A DNA stretch of 64,000 bases from Rebecca billardiae RCC1528 (GCA_965240325.2 OZ251247.1:930001-994000), one strand, 5' to 3'. Counted from the first letter of the stretch, positions 46,624 through 60,511 are shown. Made by a program: numbers and translations. Notes: generated from the letters alone by a model not told the origin.

Positions 46624-48547
46624 CAGGTCGCTGCTTCAACTTTCGGACCCGATTGCTGTTCACTTTTTGTGCACGATGGCGGCGGCGCCCCCGGGGGTCT
46701 GCGGCGCTCGAGATCGCGTCTGGCGGCACCCCCAGGGTGTGCCTGAGGTACAACCCAGCGGGTATGTACCATTTAGACGACTTTGTTCCACTACCATGTG
46801 CCCCACGGACGCCACGAGGTCCACGACGGGGCCGCCGACGGCATGCTTCAACTTTCAGACCCGCGGGCTCTCAGCGCGCGCGCCGAGTCAGAGCCGCTGT
46901 CTGGTGAGCCGTGTGAGTCGGGCTAACGGCATCATGCACTCTAGATACCACATACCTGCAGCAGACCACCTCAGGGATTCACTAGGCTTCCGCGCCACCG
47001 CCAGCCGGCGCTGCGGCTGCGCGGCCAGCACGGTCGACGACGACAGCTCATACTGACGCGGCGGTGCCCGGCGCGGCCGGCGCCGGCGCCGACTGCTTGC
47101 GAGCTTCCGAGCACTCGGCCTTCTTGCACAGCCACCCTCGGAGATCGATCTTCTGGCACGTCGGGCAGCGTCTCGCCTTCGCCATCGGGCAGGGCGACAC
47201 GCCGCACGAGCAGGTCTGGTGACAGCGGTCGAAGCTCGCCTCGAGCTCAGCAGCAGCTGCCTCCGCCTCCGCCTTCTTCCGCGCACGCTCGGATGCGGCC
47301 GCCGCCTTGCGCGCCGCCTCGGCCTCCTTCTGCGCGGTCTGCGCGGCCTTCTGCGTGTTGATCTCACGCAACGACCACGAGCCGTTTTGGCTGTCGAGCC
47401 GCGTGTTGTCCGGCTTCGGCGCGGCGAGCTCCACGGCGGGCACTGGAAGGACACCGAGCTGGTCTGCGAGCTCACCCGGGTCGAACCTCACCGCCTTGCG
47501 CACCGCGGCGAGCTCGGCGTCGTGCTCATCACGCTCGCGCACGAGCTTGGCGGCCTGGCGGCCGGAGTACTCCTTGGCGAGCTCGAGCTTGGCGCGGAGG
47601 GCTGGAGCAGTGTTCGAGCGCATCCCCGCAGGCGTGGCTGTGAACGCACTAAACGTAGGTGATGCGTGCGCGCCAGAGGGCTCGCCGTCGTCGGCCGAGC
47701 GCGCAGCCCCGCGCTCCGGAGTGCTTGGCGCCGCTGCCGGCGCCGCCGCCGCGAGCGACGCGGCATCGGCCTCCTCCTCTTGCCGCCTGCGCTCCGCCTT
47801 CGCCTGTGCGGCATCGAGACGATCCACGAAGTCCTTCCTGTTGATCTGGTCCGGGTCCAACACGTTGCCCGTGATGCCCACCTTGCGCCACGCGTTGATG
47901 ATGTCAAAGGTGTCACACCACGAGAACCACGCACCCGGCGTGGACAGCTCCTCACAGCCGCCGAGGATCTGGAGGAACTCGCGGAGGCCGATCGTGGGCT
48001 CCTTGCCGTAGCTCGCCGTGTACGCGTGCTTGAAAGACGCCAGGCCCTTCTGGTATTGCGAGTGGAACTTGTGGTTGTACTGATCGAGAGCCTTCACGGT
48101 GCGTGCGGCCGCGCGAGGGCGGAGAGGTGATTGTGCGCGCGTCGCGCGCGCGCGCCGGGCCGATTGCACGCCAGGTACACCCGGGGCACGCGCGCGCGCC
48201 GGAGAGGCGCTGCAGCCGTCCGCGCGCACGGGCGCCTACCTGTAGGAAGTGCGACGTGTTCGGCTCCTCGGTGAAGATGCGGATGCCGAACTCGGACTCA
48301 GCAGTGCCGAGGGCTGCGAGCACGTCCTCCGTGTACCGCGACGAGTGGTTGTCGAGCAGCAGCACGATCGGGAAGGCGATGGGCTCCAGCCCCGCAGCCA
48401 CCAGAGCTGCGTTGAGGTCACCAGACGCGCCGACAGGCCGCCTAGCCCTGCCGCGCGGCGCCCGCCACACAGCAGCCGCTGCGCGAGGTGCGTCGCCATC
48501 GCCGGGTCTGAAAGACGAAGCAGTCCGAAAAACGAAGCAGCGACCTG
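46624..48547 (-). mobile_element. Internally deleted pogo/Tigger-like (Tc1-mariner superfamily) DNA transposon
   Basis: 25-bp TIRs CAGGTCGCTGCTTCnnnTTTCGGAC (46624-46648 and 48523-48547), with a TA TSD at 46622-46623 and 48548-48549. Inner partial TIR repeats lie near 46844 and 48502. Confidence 0.9.
47048..48425 (-). pseudogene. 5'-truncated DDE_1 (pogo-type) transposase with a spliceosomal intron and a C-terminal Cys-rich finger
   Basis: PIVLLLDNHSSR...EEPNTSHFLQ|ALDQ is joined across a GT-AG intron at 48239-48092. The C-terminus reads CHQTCSCGVSPCPMAKARRCPTC...CKKAEC. The HTH region and first catalytic Asp region are missing. Confidence 0.85.
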
Positions 48548-49754
48548 TACCCTCTCTCCCCTGATGCGCTGCGCAGCTTCGGCAGCGGCGAATCTGTCCG
48601 GGTTCTTTCGGCTGTCCGGGTTCTACACTGTCTTCCGCGGGTTCTTTTGGCCGGATCTTTATTCTTTCCCGCTTGGAGCTCCCGGCTTGGGGGGGGCGGC
48701 GCCGCGCGCGTGACCGGCGCTCGGCACCCCGCGCCTGCTTGCCCCGAGCGCCGCCGCCGCCGCGTGCGCGTGCGGCTGCCGCCCGTCGCGCCTCGTTCGC
48801 GCCCCAGGACCAGGCGGGCTGCGCCTGTGCCCCGCGGCGCCGCCACTGACGGGGCGTGCCCGGCGGCGTGGCGGCCCGGGCGGCATCGGGCGCCGGGCGT
48901 CCGGTGGCTGCTCCCAGCCACAGCGTCGCGCTGGTTGGCGCGGTGCGGGCGCACACCTCGCGCCGCCCCTCGTGCGCGCCCAACACGGCCACGCCGACCG
49001 CGCACCAGCAGGCCGGTGCCGCGCCGGCCAGAGCGGGCGCGCGCGGACGGGCGGCGCGCGCGCGCCGTCGCGCACGCACCGACGGTGCGCGCCGGCGCGC
49101 CCAGCGCGCGTGCGCGTGGCGCGCCGCCCGCTCTGGCAGCCGTGCGGCCCGTGGCCTGGCGCGTGCGCCGGGCGCCGCGCCGCTCGCGCCGCTCGTGCGC
49201 TGCGGGCCGCGGCGGCTCTGGTCCGCCGGTCCCACATCGAGGCGGCGCGTGGGCGCACGGCCGCGCACGCCGCGCGGCCCGGCGCGCGCGTGACGGGCGC
49301 GCGGGCGCGCGCTGCGTGCAGGGCGTAGCGCGAGGGAGGGGTAGGGATGCGGGTACGGGGAGCGCGCGCCCGTCGGGACCAGCCACTCAGTGGCAGGGTA
49401 CGGACGGCTCATCCGCCGGTAGGGCGGGGGGGGGCAGCAGCCTGCGCAGACGCGCCGCCTCGGTCCGTGCGGCCCCGCAGCCGGCGGCACTCCGCACTCA
49501 GCGGCGCCGCGAGGGCGGCCGCGCCGGCGCGCGGGGGTGCTGGCCTCTGGCGCGAGGGGGTGCGACGGCCAGGCCAGCTGCGACTGGCTGTGATACCGAT
49601 GCTCATTCAAAGTGGTGCCAGCTTGGCGCACGCGATCAGTCCGGGCACACCAGCCGCCACCTGGCTCCGCCGGACTCGCCTCGGATCGGGGGCGTTCAGT
49701 AGCTTGCCGTTACGCGCTCGAGCCGGCCCCGGCCGGCCCCTTCAGAGCTGCGCG

Positions 49755-52700
49755 ATGGCGGCCGCGGCCGCCCCATCAGCCGCGGCCGATGGAGACGAGG
49801 CGGACGCACCGGCGGCGCCGCCGCGCGCGGTGGAGCTGGCGATGCCCATCGACGAGCCCCTGCTGGTGCCGCTCGGCGCGGCGGGCGCGGCGGGCGCGTC
49901 CGTGCCCGCGGCCGCGGCGGCCGTGGGCGCGCCGAGCGCGGCCGCGTCGCCGCCGCCGCCGCCGCCGCCGCCGCCATCTTGCGCGACGGGCGTGGCGGCG
50001 TGCGCGAGCGGCGCGCACACCGACGCACCGCGCACCACCTCCGCCCGCCCCGCGCCCGCCGCGCCGCCCCTCCGCCCGCCGTCCGCCGGGCCGGAGCGCG
50101 CGCACGGCGTGATTGCGGCGCGCGCGGCCGGCGGCGACGAGCCGCCCGACTCGCCGCGTGCGTGGGGCGAGGCGGCGCGGTCGGGCGCGGCGCCGGACTC
50201 GCCGGCGGGGTCGGGCGCGTCCGAGGCCGCCGCGGCGGCGATGGCCGCGGCGATGGCCTCGGCCGAGCTCTCGCCGCCCGCGCGCGGCGGCGGCGGCGGC
50301 GGCGCGGGCGCTTACGGCGGCGGCGGCGGGTGCGGCGGCACCGTGTTTGGGATCGCGCGCGGCAGCGCCTCGGCCTCGGCCGCCTCCGCCGCCGCGCTCG
50401 CGGCGGGGATCGGCGCGGCGCCGGGCGCGCTCGCGCCCGCGGCCGCGCCGGCGGCCGCGCCGGCGGCCGGCGGCGGCGGCGCGCTCCGCGGCGCGCTGCG
50501 CTCGGCGGGCGCGGACGCGGCGGAGGCGCTGGCCACCGTCTCCGCGGCGGAGGCGCTCGGCGACGGCGGCGGCGGGCTCGAGCTGGCGTCGGCGCCAGGC
50601 GCGGCGGCGATGCTCGCGCTGGCGCACGCGGCGCCGCCGCCGCACCCCGCCGGCGCGAGCGCGCGCGCGCCCGACGGCGGCGCGCCGCCGCCGCCGCAGC
50701 CGCCGCCGCCTTCGCCGCCGCCCGGCTCGGCGGCGGCGCGCGCGGCGCTCGCGCGCGCGCGGCCGCGGCGGCTCGGCGCGGCGGCGGGCAACGTGGAGGC
50801 CGCGGTGTCGAGCGCGCACGCCACGCTGCGCGCGTCCGCGCCCCGCGGCGCCGCGCCGGCCGACCCCGCCGCCGCCGAGGCCGTGGCGGTCGCGTCGCGC
50901 GCCGCGCGCGCGGGCGCGCGGCGCGGTACGCGCGAGGCGCGCGAGCGCGCGCGGCCGGCGCGCGCGCGCGCGGCGCTCGAGGCGCGCGCGAGCGCGGGGC
51001 GCGGCGCGGCGGCGCTCGCGCGCGCGGGCGCGGAGCCGCGCGCCGGCGTGCGCCTGCGCTCGCCGCCGCCGCCCACCTCCGCCACGCCCAACGACGGGCC
51101 GCGCGCGCGCACCGCCGGCCGCGCCGCCGAGGATGCGCGGCGCGCGGCGCTGCTCGGCGCGGCCGCGGGCGAGGCGCGCGCGGCGACGCTCGCGCAGTCG
51201 GCGGCGGACGCGCGCGCGGCGCGCGGGCGCGCCGCGCCGACGGCGGGGCTCGCGTCCGGCTGGGCGCGATGCGCCGCCGCCGCCGTGCTGCCCATGTCCG
51301 CACCCGCCGTCGCCGCTTCGCTCGGCGGCGCAGCACTCTTGCCCGACGCGCCGCGCCGCCGCTCGGCGCGCGGCGGCTCGGCCGCCGCCGCCGCGCGCCG
51401 CGCGCGCGGCGAGGGCGGCGGGGGCGGCGGCGGCGCACTCGGCGCACTCGGCGGCAGCGCGGCCAGCGACAGCGAGCTGGGCAGCGACGCCGCCGCCGCC
51501 GACTGGCTGGCGGGCGGCGCGCGGCCGCTCCCGCCCATCGGCGGCGGCGGCGGCGCGCAGGGCGCGCACGGCGGCGGCTGCTGCGCGCACGGCGGCGGCG
51601 TGCAGCTGCACGGGCCGTCGATCCAGATCGAGCTGGCGATGCCGGCGCTGCCCGCGGCGCTGCCGCCCGGCACCACCGCCACCGCCTCCGCCTCCGCGCC
51701 GACCGACGTCGCCAGCGTCGCCGGCGCGGCGGGGTCGCCCTCCGCCGCGCCCGCCGCCGCGCCCGCCGCCGCGCCCGCCGCGCCCGCGCCCGCGCCGCCG
51801 CCGCCCTCGCCGCCGGCGCAGCCGCGCGCGGCGCACCACCACCACGCGCAGCCCACCGCCGCCTCGCTCGCCGCCGCGGCCGCGACCGCGCGCGGCGGCC
51901 GCAGCGGCGGCCTCAGCGCGCAGCCCAGCGGCTGCCTCGGAGCGCAGCCAAGCGCCCTCTCCTCCTCCGCGTCCGCTGCGTCGCAGCCGGCCGCGGGCAG
52001 CTCGGTGCACGCGGCCGCAGCGGGGCGGCAGCACTCGCTGTATGCGCCGTCGGGCGGCAGCGGCCTCGGGTACGGCGGCGCGGCGTACGGCGGGCTCGGC
52101 GCGGGCTCGGCGCCGCGCGCGCCCACCGCCTTCGCCGGCCTCGGCCCCTGCCGCTCCGCCGCCCTCTTCGTCGCCCTCGACGACCTGCGCGCGCCGTTTG
52201 CGCGCCTGCCGCCTGCGGTGCTCGAGGCGGCGGCCGCGTCGGTGGGGGCGCCGCTGTGGGTGGCGGCGCCCAAGCCGCGCCGGGCGGCGACGCCCGCCGA
52301 GGCGGCCGCGGCCGAGGCGGAGCGCCGCGCCGCCGACGCCGACGCCGACCTCGACGCGCGCGCCGCGTCCGCGCCCGCGCAGCAGCAGCAGCCGCAGCAG
52401 CCGCAGCAGCCGCAGCAGCAGCAGCAGCAGCAGCAGCAGCCGCAATGGTTTGCCCCGCTGTGCGCGCCCGTGCCCATGCCACTCGCGCCGCTCGCGCTGC
52501 CGCCGGCGGCGGCGGCGCCGCAGCACCCGCCGCACCGCCCGCCCCGCGGCGGCGTGCAGCTCCCCGCCGCCGTCCTCGCCTCCACCGCCTGGCCCGTGGG
52601 CGCGCGGCCCGCGCCGGCCGAGGCGGCGCGCGCGCGCGGCGGCTCGGCGCGCGGCGCGGCCGACGCGCGCTCGCCGCCGCGGCACGCGGCGCTGGCGGAG

Positions 52701-53811
52701 GCGGCGGCGGCGACGCGCGCGGCGGGGGGCAGCGTGGGCGGCGCGCACCGCCGCGCGCGCACCGCCGCGATCGCCGCCTCCGCCGCCGCGCGCGCCGCCG
52801 CCACCGCCGTCGCCGCCGCCGAGGCCGCGCGGCAGCACGGCCCGCGCGCGGCGCAGGCGGCGGCGGCCGCGGCCGCGGCGGCGGACGCGGAGGCGGCCGC
52901 GGCGGAGGCGGCGGTGGTGGCGGCCGCGGCGGGCGGCGAGGCGTCGGGCGGCTGGCAGCAGCCCGCGGACGAGCGCGCGGCCGCCGGTGCGCGCGCGTGC
53001 CGTCCCCGCGCCGCCGCGCCGCGACCGCCGCGCCGCGACCTTTGCGCCACGGCCGCGCTCACCGCCGCCGCGTCACCGCGCGCCGCCGCGCCCGCGCCCG
53101 CGCCCGCGCCTGCCGCGCCGCGCCGCGCCGCGCCGCGCCGCGCGCGCAGCCTTCTGGGGGTCGGTGCGCCGCGCGGCGCCGCGGCCGCACGTGGTGCCCG
53201 CGGGCGTGCGCCCGCGCAGGCCGCGCCGCGCGCGCGCTGCGCGCCCGTCCATCGCGCTCGTCGCGACAGCCGGCGTGCTCGGCGGTGCGCGCGCCGCCGC
53301 CGCGCCGCGCCGCCGCCGCCGCCGCCGCGCCGCGGCGCCGCCGCCGCCGCCGCGCCGCCGCGCCGCCGCGCCGCCGCGCCGCCGCGCTCACACGCCGCCG
53401 CCGCCGCCGCGCCGCGCGCCGCCGCAGGGTTTGGCGGGTACGGCGGGTATGCGCCCGTGGGCGAGGGCGGCGGCAGCCCGCCCGGCCGCTCGCCCCGCGC
53501 CGGCGCGCACGCGCACGCGGCCGACGCGGCGGACGGCGGCGGCGGCGGCGGCGGCGGCGGCGCGGACGCGGGCTCGGCCGCGGCGGCGCGCGCGGCGCGC
53601 GCGCACGCGGGCGCGGCGGCCGAGGCGGCGGCGGAGGCGGTGGCGTTGGGGCTGAAGCAGCAGGCGGCGGTGGACGCCGCCGCCGCCGCGGAGCTGGCGG
53701 AGGCCGCACGGCCGGCTGGCGCGCGCCCGCCGGCCATGCACATTGGCGCCGACGCCGACGCCGGCGCGGACGCGCTCGCCGCCGCCGCCGCCGCCGCCTC
53801 GCCCGCGCGCC

Positions 53812-53847
<36 letters not shown>

Positions 53848-54210
53848 GGTTGGCGGCGGTGCGGCCGCGCTCGGCGAGCCCGCCCGACGTCGGCGGCGGC
53901 GGCGGCGCGCGGCTGGGCGTGGGCTCGCCGCTCCGCCGCGGCGGCTCGCCGCCGCCGCCCGCGCCGCCGCACTCCCCCGCGCGCGCCGCCGGCAGCGCGC
54001 AGCAGCAGCAGCCGCCGCACGCGCGGCCGCCGTCCGCCGCGGCGCGCGCGTCGCGCGCCGCGGCCGAGGCGGCGCTGCACACGCGGTACGGCGCGGCGGC
54101 GGCGGCGGAGGAGGCGGACGTGGCGCGCGGGGTGGCGCGGCAGGCGGCGCCGACGCCGCTCGGCGAGGCGTCGGCGCGCACGCCGCGCGCATCGCTCGTC
54201 CTCGGCTGGC

Positions 54211-54247
<37 letters not shown>

Positions 54248-54764
54248 GGCGGCCGACGCGGCCGGCGCGCGGCCGCCGAGCGTCGGCGGCGCGGAGGAGG
54301 GCGGCGGCGGCGGCGGCGGCGCGCTCGCGCCGCCGGGCGCGGGCCACGCGAGCGCGCGCGCCGCCGACAGCGCCGCCGCGAGCGCCGCCGCCTCGCTCGC
54401 GCGCCAGGCGCGCGGCCTCCCGCGGCCGCGCGCCGCCACCGCGCAGCGGCCGCTGCGCTTGCACGCGGCAGCGACCGCGGGCCGCAGCGCGCCGGTGGGC
54501 GCGGCGGCGCGCGCGCAGGGGCTGCCGCCCGCGCGGGCGCGGACGGGGGGCGCGGACGAGGCGGGAAGGCCGCCCGCCTCGCCCGCGCCGCGCGGCAAGC
54601 CCGTCGCCGCCGCCGCCGCGCAGCAGCAGCAGCAGGCGCGCCGCTGGCCAAGCCGCGGCGGCGGCGGCGGCGCGGACGACGACGACGGCGGCGCCGATGC
54701 CGCGGCCACGACCGGCGGCGGCGCGTCGCTGCTGCCGCCGCCGATCGGCCGCGGCAGCGGCTGA
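49755..54764 (+). CDS. Long low-complexity Ala/Pro/Gly-rich protein of unknown function
   Basis: A 5-kb frame from the ATG at 49755 with GC3-biased codons and a poly-Gln tract at about 52380-52446. Probable short introns lie within about 52987-53427 (GTGCGC...CGCAG). Confidence 0.55.
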
Positions 54765-55032
54765 CGAGCTGTGGGCGATGGCGGCTGCTGGCGCTGCTGC
54801 TGGGGAAGACCGGCTCGCTGGAGCGGCCGGTCCGGGCGACGCCGGCCGCTCCGACGGACGTCCTGCATACTATCATAGGACCAAGTGTCGTTTTACCCAT
54901 CACATGGCGAGGTGATGAGTAAATTAGACGATCCGTCGTAGTACGCGGGTAACCTGCTGCATACTCGCGAAGCTACTCCGAAGCGCCGTCCGCGCCCCAG
55001 CCCGCCCCGCGCCGCCACGCGCCGCGCGCGCC

Positions 55033-57045
55033 ATGGCGGACGACGCGACGACGACGACGCCCGCCGCGCAGCGCGCGGCGTCGCCGGCGCGCGACGACCA
55101 CACCGCCGCCGCCCCTCCGGCCGACACGGCCGCGACGCCCCCGCCGACGAGGCTCACCGACCTCCCCGCCGACGCGCTCGAGCGCATCGCGTCCAGCCTC
55201 GCGAGCGCGCGCGACCTCGCGGCCGCGAACGCGACCGCGCGGCTCTTCCGCGGCGCGGCGGGGGCGGGCGGGCGCTCGGCGGTGGAGGCGGCGCTGCGGC
55301 AGCGCGCGGCGGCGCGCGCCCACGCCGCCGCCCTCCCGCCCGCCCTCCCGCCCGCCGCCGCCACCTGGACCGCCGAGCTGTTTGCGCGCGAGGCGACGCT
55401 CGAGCGCGCCGCCGCGCACCGCCGCGCGGCCGCGGCGTCGACGACGGCGGCGGGGCCGTTCTCGGCGGTGGCGGACGGCGCGGGGCGGCTGCGCGTGTGC
55501 GGCGAGGCGACGGCGTGCGACGCGAGCGCCGCCGCCGGCGCCGAGCGCCGCACCGCGCCCGCCGCTCTCGGGCTCGGGCACGGCGGCGGCGGCGGCGCGG
55601 CGGACGCCCCGGCCGCCGAGCCGCCGCCGCCCGTGCGCACGCCGACGCTCGTGCCGTCGCTCGGCGGCGTGTCGGTGCTCAGCGTCGCGGCGGGCTCGGC
55701 GCACCTCCTCGCCCTCGGCCGCTGCGGCGCGCTGTACGCGTGCGGCGAGGGCTGGTGCGGCCAGCTCGGGCTGGGGGACACGGCCGCGCGCTCGACCTTC
55801 TGCCGGGTGCCGCCGGCGGCGCTCGGGGGCGGTGCGCCGGTGGTGTGCGTGGCGGCGGCGGGGTACCGCTCGCTCGCGAGCGACGTGGGCGGCGTGGCGT
55901 ACAGCTGGGGCAGCGGCGCGCTCGGCCACGCCGACGGCTCCGAGTTTTCCCTCCGGCCGCGCGCCGTGCGCGCGCTGCAGCGAGCGGGCGCGCGCGTGTG
56001 TGGCCTCAGCGCGGGGTTTGAGCACACGCTCTTCCTCGCGGCCCTGCCCTGCCCCAGCCGTGCCCCGAGTCCTGCTCAGCACGCCCACGCGCCACCCGCG
56101 CGCGCGCCGGGTGCAGCCGACGACGCCGCGGCCGCGGCCGCGTCCGCGCTGGGCGCCGTGTACGCGTGCGGCCGCGGCGACAGCGGCCAGCTCGGGCTGG
56201 GCGACGCGCGCGCGCCGGGTGCAGCCGACGACGGCGACGCCGCGGCCGCGTCCGCGCTGGGCGCCGTGTACGCGTGCGGCCGCGGCGACAGCGGCCAGCT
56301 CGGGCTGGGCGACCGGCGCGAGCGCGCCGCGCCGACGCGCGTGCTCGGCACGCTCGCGGGCGTGCGCGCCGCGCACGTGAGCGCGGGCGACGCGCACTCC
56401 CTCGTCGTCGGCGCCGACGGCAGCGTGTACACCTTCGGCGCGGGCGCGTGCGGCCGGCTCGGCCACGGCGACGGCCGCGAGCGGCTGGCGCCCGCGCGCG
56501 TGGAGGCCCTGTGGCGCGGGCGCGTGCGCGCGCGCGTCGGGTGCGCGGGCGGCGAGTGCAGCGCGGTGCTCGGCGCGGACGGCAGCGTGCACGTCTTCGG
56601 GCACAACGCGTGCGGGCAGCTCGGCCTCGGGCCCGCCGCGCCCTCCGACGTGCCCACGCCCACGCGGCTGCCCGGATTCGGCACACCGCCGCACCCGCAC
56701 CCGCCATCCGAGGGACGGCGGCGGCGCGCCGCCGACGGCGCAGCCGGTGGCGCGGGCGCCGCCGCCGACGCCGACGCCGACGGCGGCGGTCTCGTTGCGC
56801 CCGCGGCGGTGGTGGACGCGTCGGTGTGCGGCTCGCACGCGCTGCTCGTCACGGCGGACGGCGGCGTGCACTCGTGCGGCCGCCAGTCGGCGGCGCTCGG
56901 CCACGGCTTCAGCATGGCTGCCGGGCTGGGGCCCCTGACCGTCCCGTCGCGGATCGGCGCGCTCGACGCCGCCGCCGCGCCGCCGCCGCCGCGGCGGACG
57001 CGCACGCCGCGCGAGGACGTGGCGGCGGCCACCGACGGCTGGTGA
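55033..57045 (+). CDS. F-box-like plus RCC1-repeat protein (paralogue of 42804-44531)
   Basis: Contains LTDLPADALERIASSLASARDLAAANATARLFRG and RCC1 blades (LYACGEGWCGQLGLGD, VYTFGAGACGRLGHGD). There is a 108-nt in-frame internal duplication at about 56098-56313. Confidence 0.85.
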   Translation: MADDATTTTPAAQRAASPARDDHTAAAPPADTAATPPPTRLTDLPADALERIASSLASARDLAAANATARLFRGAAGAGGRSAVEAALRQRAAARAHAAALPPALPPAAATWTAELFAREATLERAAAHRRAAAASTTAAGPFSAVADGAGRLRVCGEATACDASAAAGAERRTAPAALGLGHGGGGGAADAPAAEPPPPVRTPTLVPSLGGVSVLSVAAGSAHLLALGRCGALYACGEGWCGQLGLGDTAARSTFCRVPPAALGGGAPVVCVAAAGYRSLASDVGGVAYSWGSGALGHADGSEFSLRPRAVRALQRAGARVCGLSAGFEHTLFLAALPCPSRAPSPAQHAHAPPARAPGAADDAAAAAASALGAVYACGRGDSGQLGLGDARAPGAADDGDAAAASALGAVYACGRGDSGQLGLGDRRERAAPTRVLGTLAGVRAAHVSAGDAHSLVVGADGSVYTFGAGACGRLGHGDGRERLAPARVEALWRGRVRARVGCAGGECSAVLGADGSVHVFGHNACGQLGLGPAAPSDVPTPTRLPGFGTPPHPHPPSEGRRRRAADGAAGGAGAAADADADGGGLVAPAAVVDASVCGSHALLVTADGGVHSCGRQSAALGHGFSMAAGLGPLTVPSRIGALDAAAAPPPPRRTRTPREDVAAATDGW

Positions 57046-58494
57046 CGACGGCGCGCGCCCGTGCGTCCGCGCGCCCGCGCGGAGGCCGGAGCCGTGCGTG
57101 CGCGGCGTCGGGCGTTCGGCGCGCGCACAGACGCCAGCGGCCGCGGGGGGCGCGGGGGCCGGAGGGGCGGGCGCGTGGAGGCACTGCCGCCCAGCGGAGG
57201 CATGCATCGCTATCGCAGTGAACACGCCCCGGCAGCGAAGCGGCGGACCAATGACGCAACGTGGCTCGGGAACCGGTCAGGCGCCCGCACCGGATGGCGC
57301 CTGGCCGGCCCCACGCCGGCCACGCGGGGCCACGGAGGCCGGACCGGATGCGGTTTCACGTTCAGCCGGCGTCCGGCCGGCCCGGGCTGACGCCGCCGAC
57401 GGACTCGTTATCGTCGTCTTAATATTGCTGAGTCGCGGCCGCCTGTTCGTCCGCCAGTTGACGCGTATTACCAGCAGCAGTCGTCGTAAGTATCAGTAGT
57501 AGTATAGCGTAGTACTGTACGTATATAGTACTGGTCAGCGTCGCCTCGTCGTATACGCCCGAATACGGCGCGGCGGCGGACGCCACGCGGTATAATAATA
57601 TAACGTCGTACGACTATACTACTAGTCACCATCAAGCATCAGTCATTCCGAATTCGTTATATATTGGGTAATCTGCGCGCTCCGTAGTGCTGCAGCGTGC
57701 TAACGCAGCGCGCGTCACCGGTCACGCAGCCATATCAGTAGGGGGTCCATGGCGGCAGCAGCCCACTCTGCCCAGCAGCATCATCATTGACTTTTGTGCC
57801 GTGATTTATAGATTATTTCGACGACAACCATGCCAGCATGTATTGTGTCTGACGAGCGTGGCGCTTGCGGAGTCACTTACAAATATGTCCCAGAGCCCAG
57901 CCCAGCCGTCGGAAGCGCACTCAAAACCGACGACTCCGCGCGCCGTCGCGCGGTCATGCGCGCACGCCAGCTCGGCACCACTGTGTCACATACACTATAC
58001 ATACAGATTCAGCCAAACGTCAACGACTTGTTATGGCGGCTAATATAAATGACGGTATATGTCGTCGGACTTACTTATTCATAAGCGTTGCAACCCGCCC
58101 CAACAAAATTAGTATGGAATTGCTGCTAAATTTTAGTAGCAGGCATGATGAGGCGGCATCAGCAGCTCTTCCACTGCGACTTCCGCGAACTTCCGAAGAG
58201 CTATAGCGCGCGCTGATGCGCGCTATATGCGCCGGCGGGCCCGCATCGGGATCTAATCGGGCGCCGCCGCGGATCGATCACCACGGATGCGCCCGACTCA
58301 TGCGGGATGGGGGCCGCGCAGACTGGTCATCTGGTCAGCGTCCGCTTATTGCGCACGGCCGTCACTCGCCCTGCCGCCGGGCCCGCCGCGCACAGTACGT
58401 CCGCGCGTCCACCTCGGACAGGCTGACTATAAGCAGTGATTACGCGCGCGGCGCTGATGACTGACAATATCTATATCGATGATGAACTCTACTA

Positions 58495-59421
<927 letters not shown>

Positions 59422-59696
59422 GTTTGTGAGCAGGAGAGATCCCGTTGAGGATGAGGGCGCTGCAGCGAGATGCTGGAGGCGAGCGACACGGAGGAGGCCG
59501 AAGGTGGCGAGGTGGCACGTCCTCGTGTTTTTTTTGGTTTTTTTTTTTGGGGGTAGGTTGTGTGTGTCCTGTGCGCGCGCGCGCGCACGCGCGCGCCGGT
59601 GCGTTGGGCAGAAAAGCCAGAGGCAGCAGCCCCAGCCAGACGGGCAGAAAAGCCTGCAGCAGCTGGATGGGGCAGCTGCTTTCCGCCGAGCATTTG

Positions 59697-60366
59697 CATG
59701 CTCCACTGAACAGGAACAAAACAAAGTCACCTGGGCAGAAAAGCTCGGGCCAGTAGGGCAGAAAAGCCTGGGGCAGCTGCCAAGGGGCCGCCCCCCGCCG
59801 AGCATATGCATGCTGCGGAACTGGAACAAAACAAAGTCACCTGGGCAGAAAAGCCCGGGCCAGTCGGGCAGAAAAGCCCGGAGCAGCCGCGGAGGGGCCG
59901 CCCCCCCGCCGAGCATACGCATGCTGCGGAACTGGAACAAAACAAAGTTACCCGGGCAGAAAAGCCCGGGCCAGTCGGGCAGAAAAGCCCGGGGCAGCCG
60001 CGAAGGGGCCGCCCCCCGCCGAGCATACGCATGCTGCGGAACTGGAACAAAACAAAGTTACCCGGGCAGAAAAGCCCGGGCCAGTCGGGCAGAAAAGCCC
60101 GGAGCAGCCGCGGAGGGGCCGCCCCCCGCCGAGCATACGCATGCTGCGGAACTGGAACAAAACAAAGTTACCCGGGCAGAAAAGCCCGGGCCAGTCGGGC
60201 AGAAAAGCCCGGGGCAGCCGCGAAGGGGCCGCCCCCCGCCGAGCATACGCATGCTGCGGAACTGGAACAAAACAAAGTTACCCGGGCAGAAAAGCCCGGG
60301 CCAGTTGGGCAGAAAAGCCCGGGGCAGCCGCGAAGGGGCCGCCCCCCGCCGAGCATATGCATGCTG
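59697..60366 (+). repeat. 110-bp satellite, array 1 (~6 units, degenerate on the left)
   Basis: Unit: ATGCTGCGGAACTGGAACAAAACAAAGTTACCCGGGCAGAAAAGCCCGGGCCAGTCGGGCAGAAAAGCCCGGGGCAGCCGCGAAGGGGCCGCCCCCCGCCGAGCATACGC. Confidence 0.95.
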
Positions 60367-60511
60367 GCTCTGGCTTCGGTTGACCCCTGCCAGAGACGGG
60401 CACTGTGAGCTCCTTCATGAAGTCACTCGTGAAAACTGCACAGGAGGACCTCAATGGATGCCTAGATGATGACTTCAGAGCGATATTGGGCCAACAAGCA
60501 CTTCCTCTATA

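Noticed and set aside
49696-54922. Multiple overlapping ORFs of more than 1000 aa in other frames and strands
   Set aside because: They are shadow ORFs of extremely GC-rich coding DNA; only the frame from 49755 has a plausible composition.
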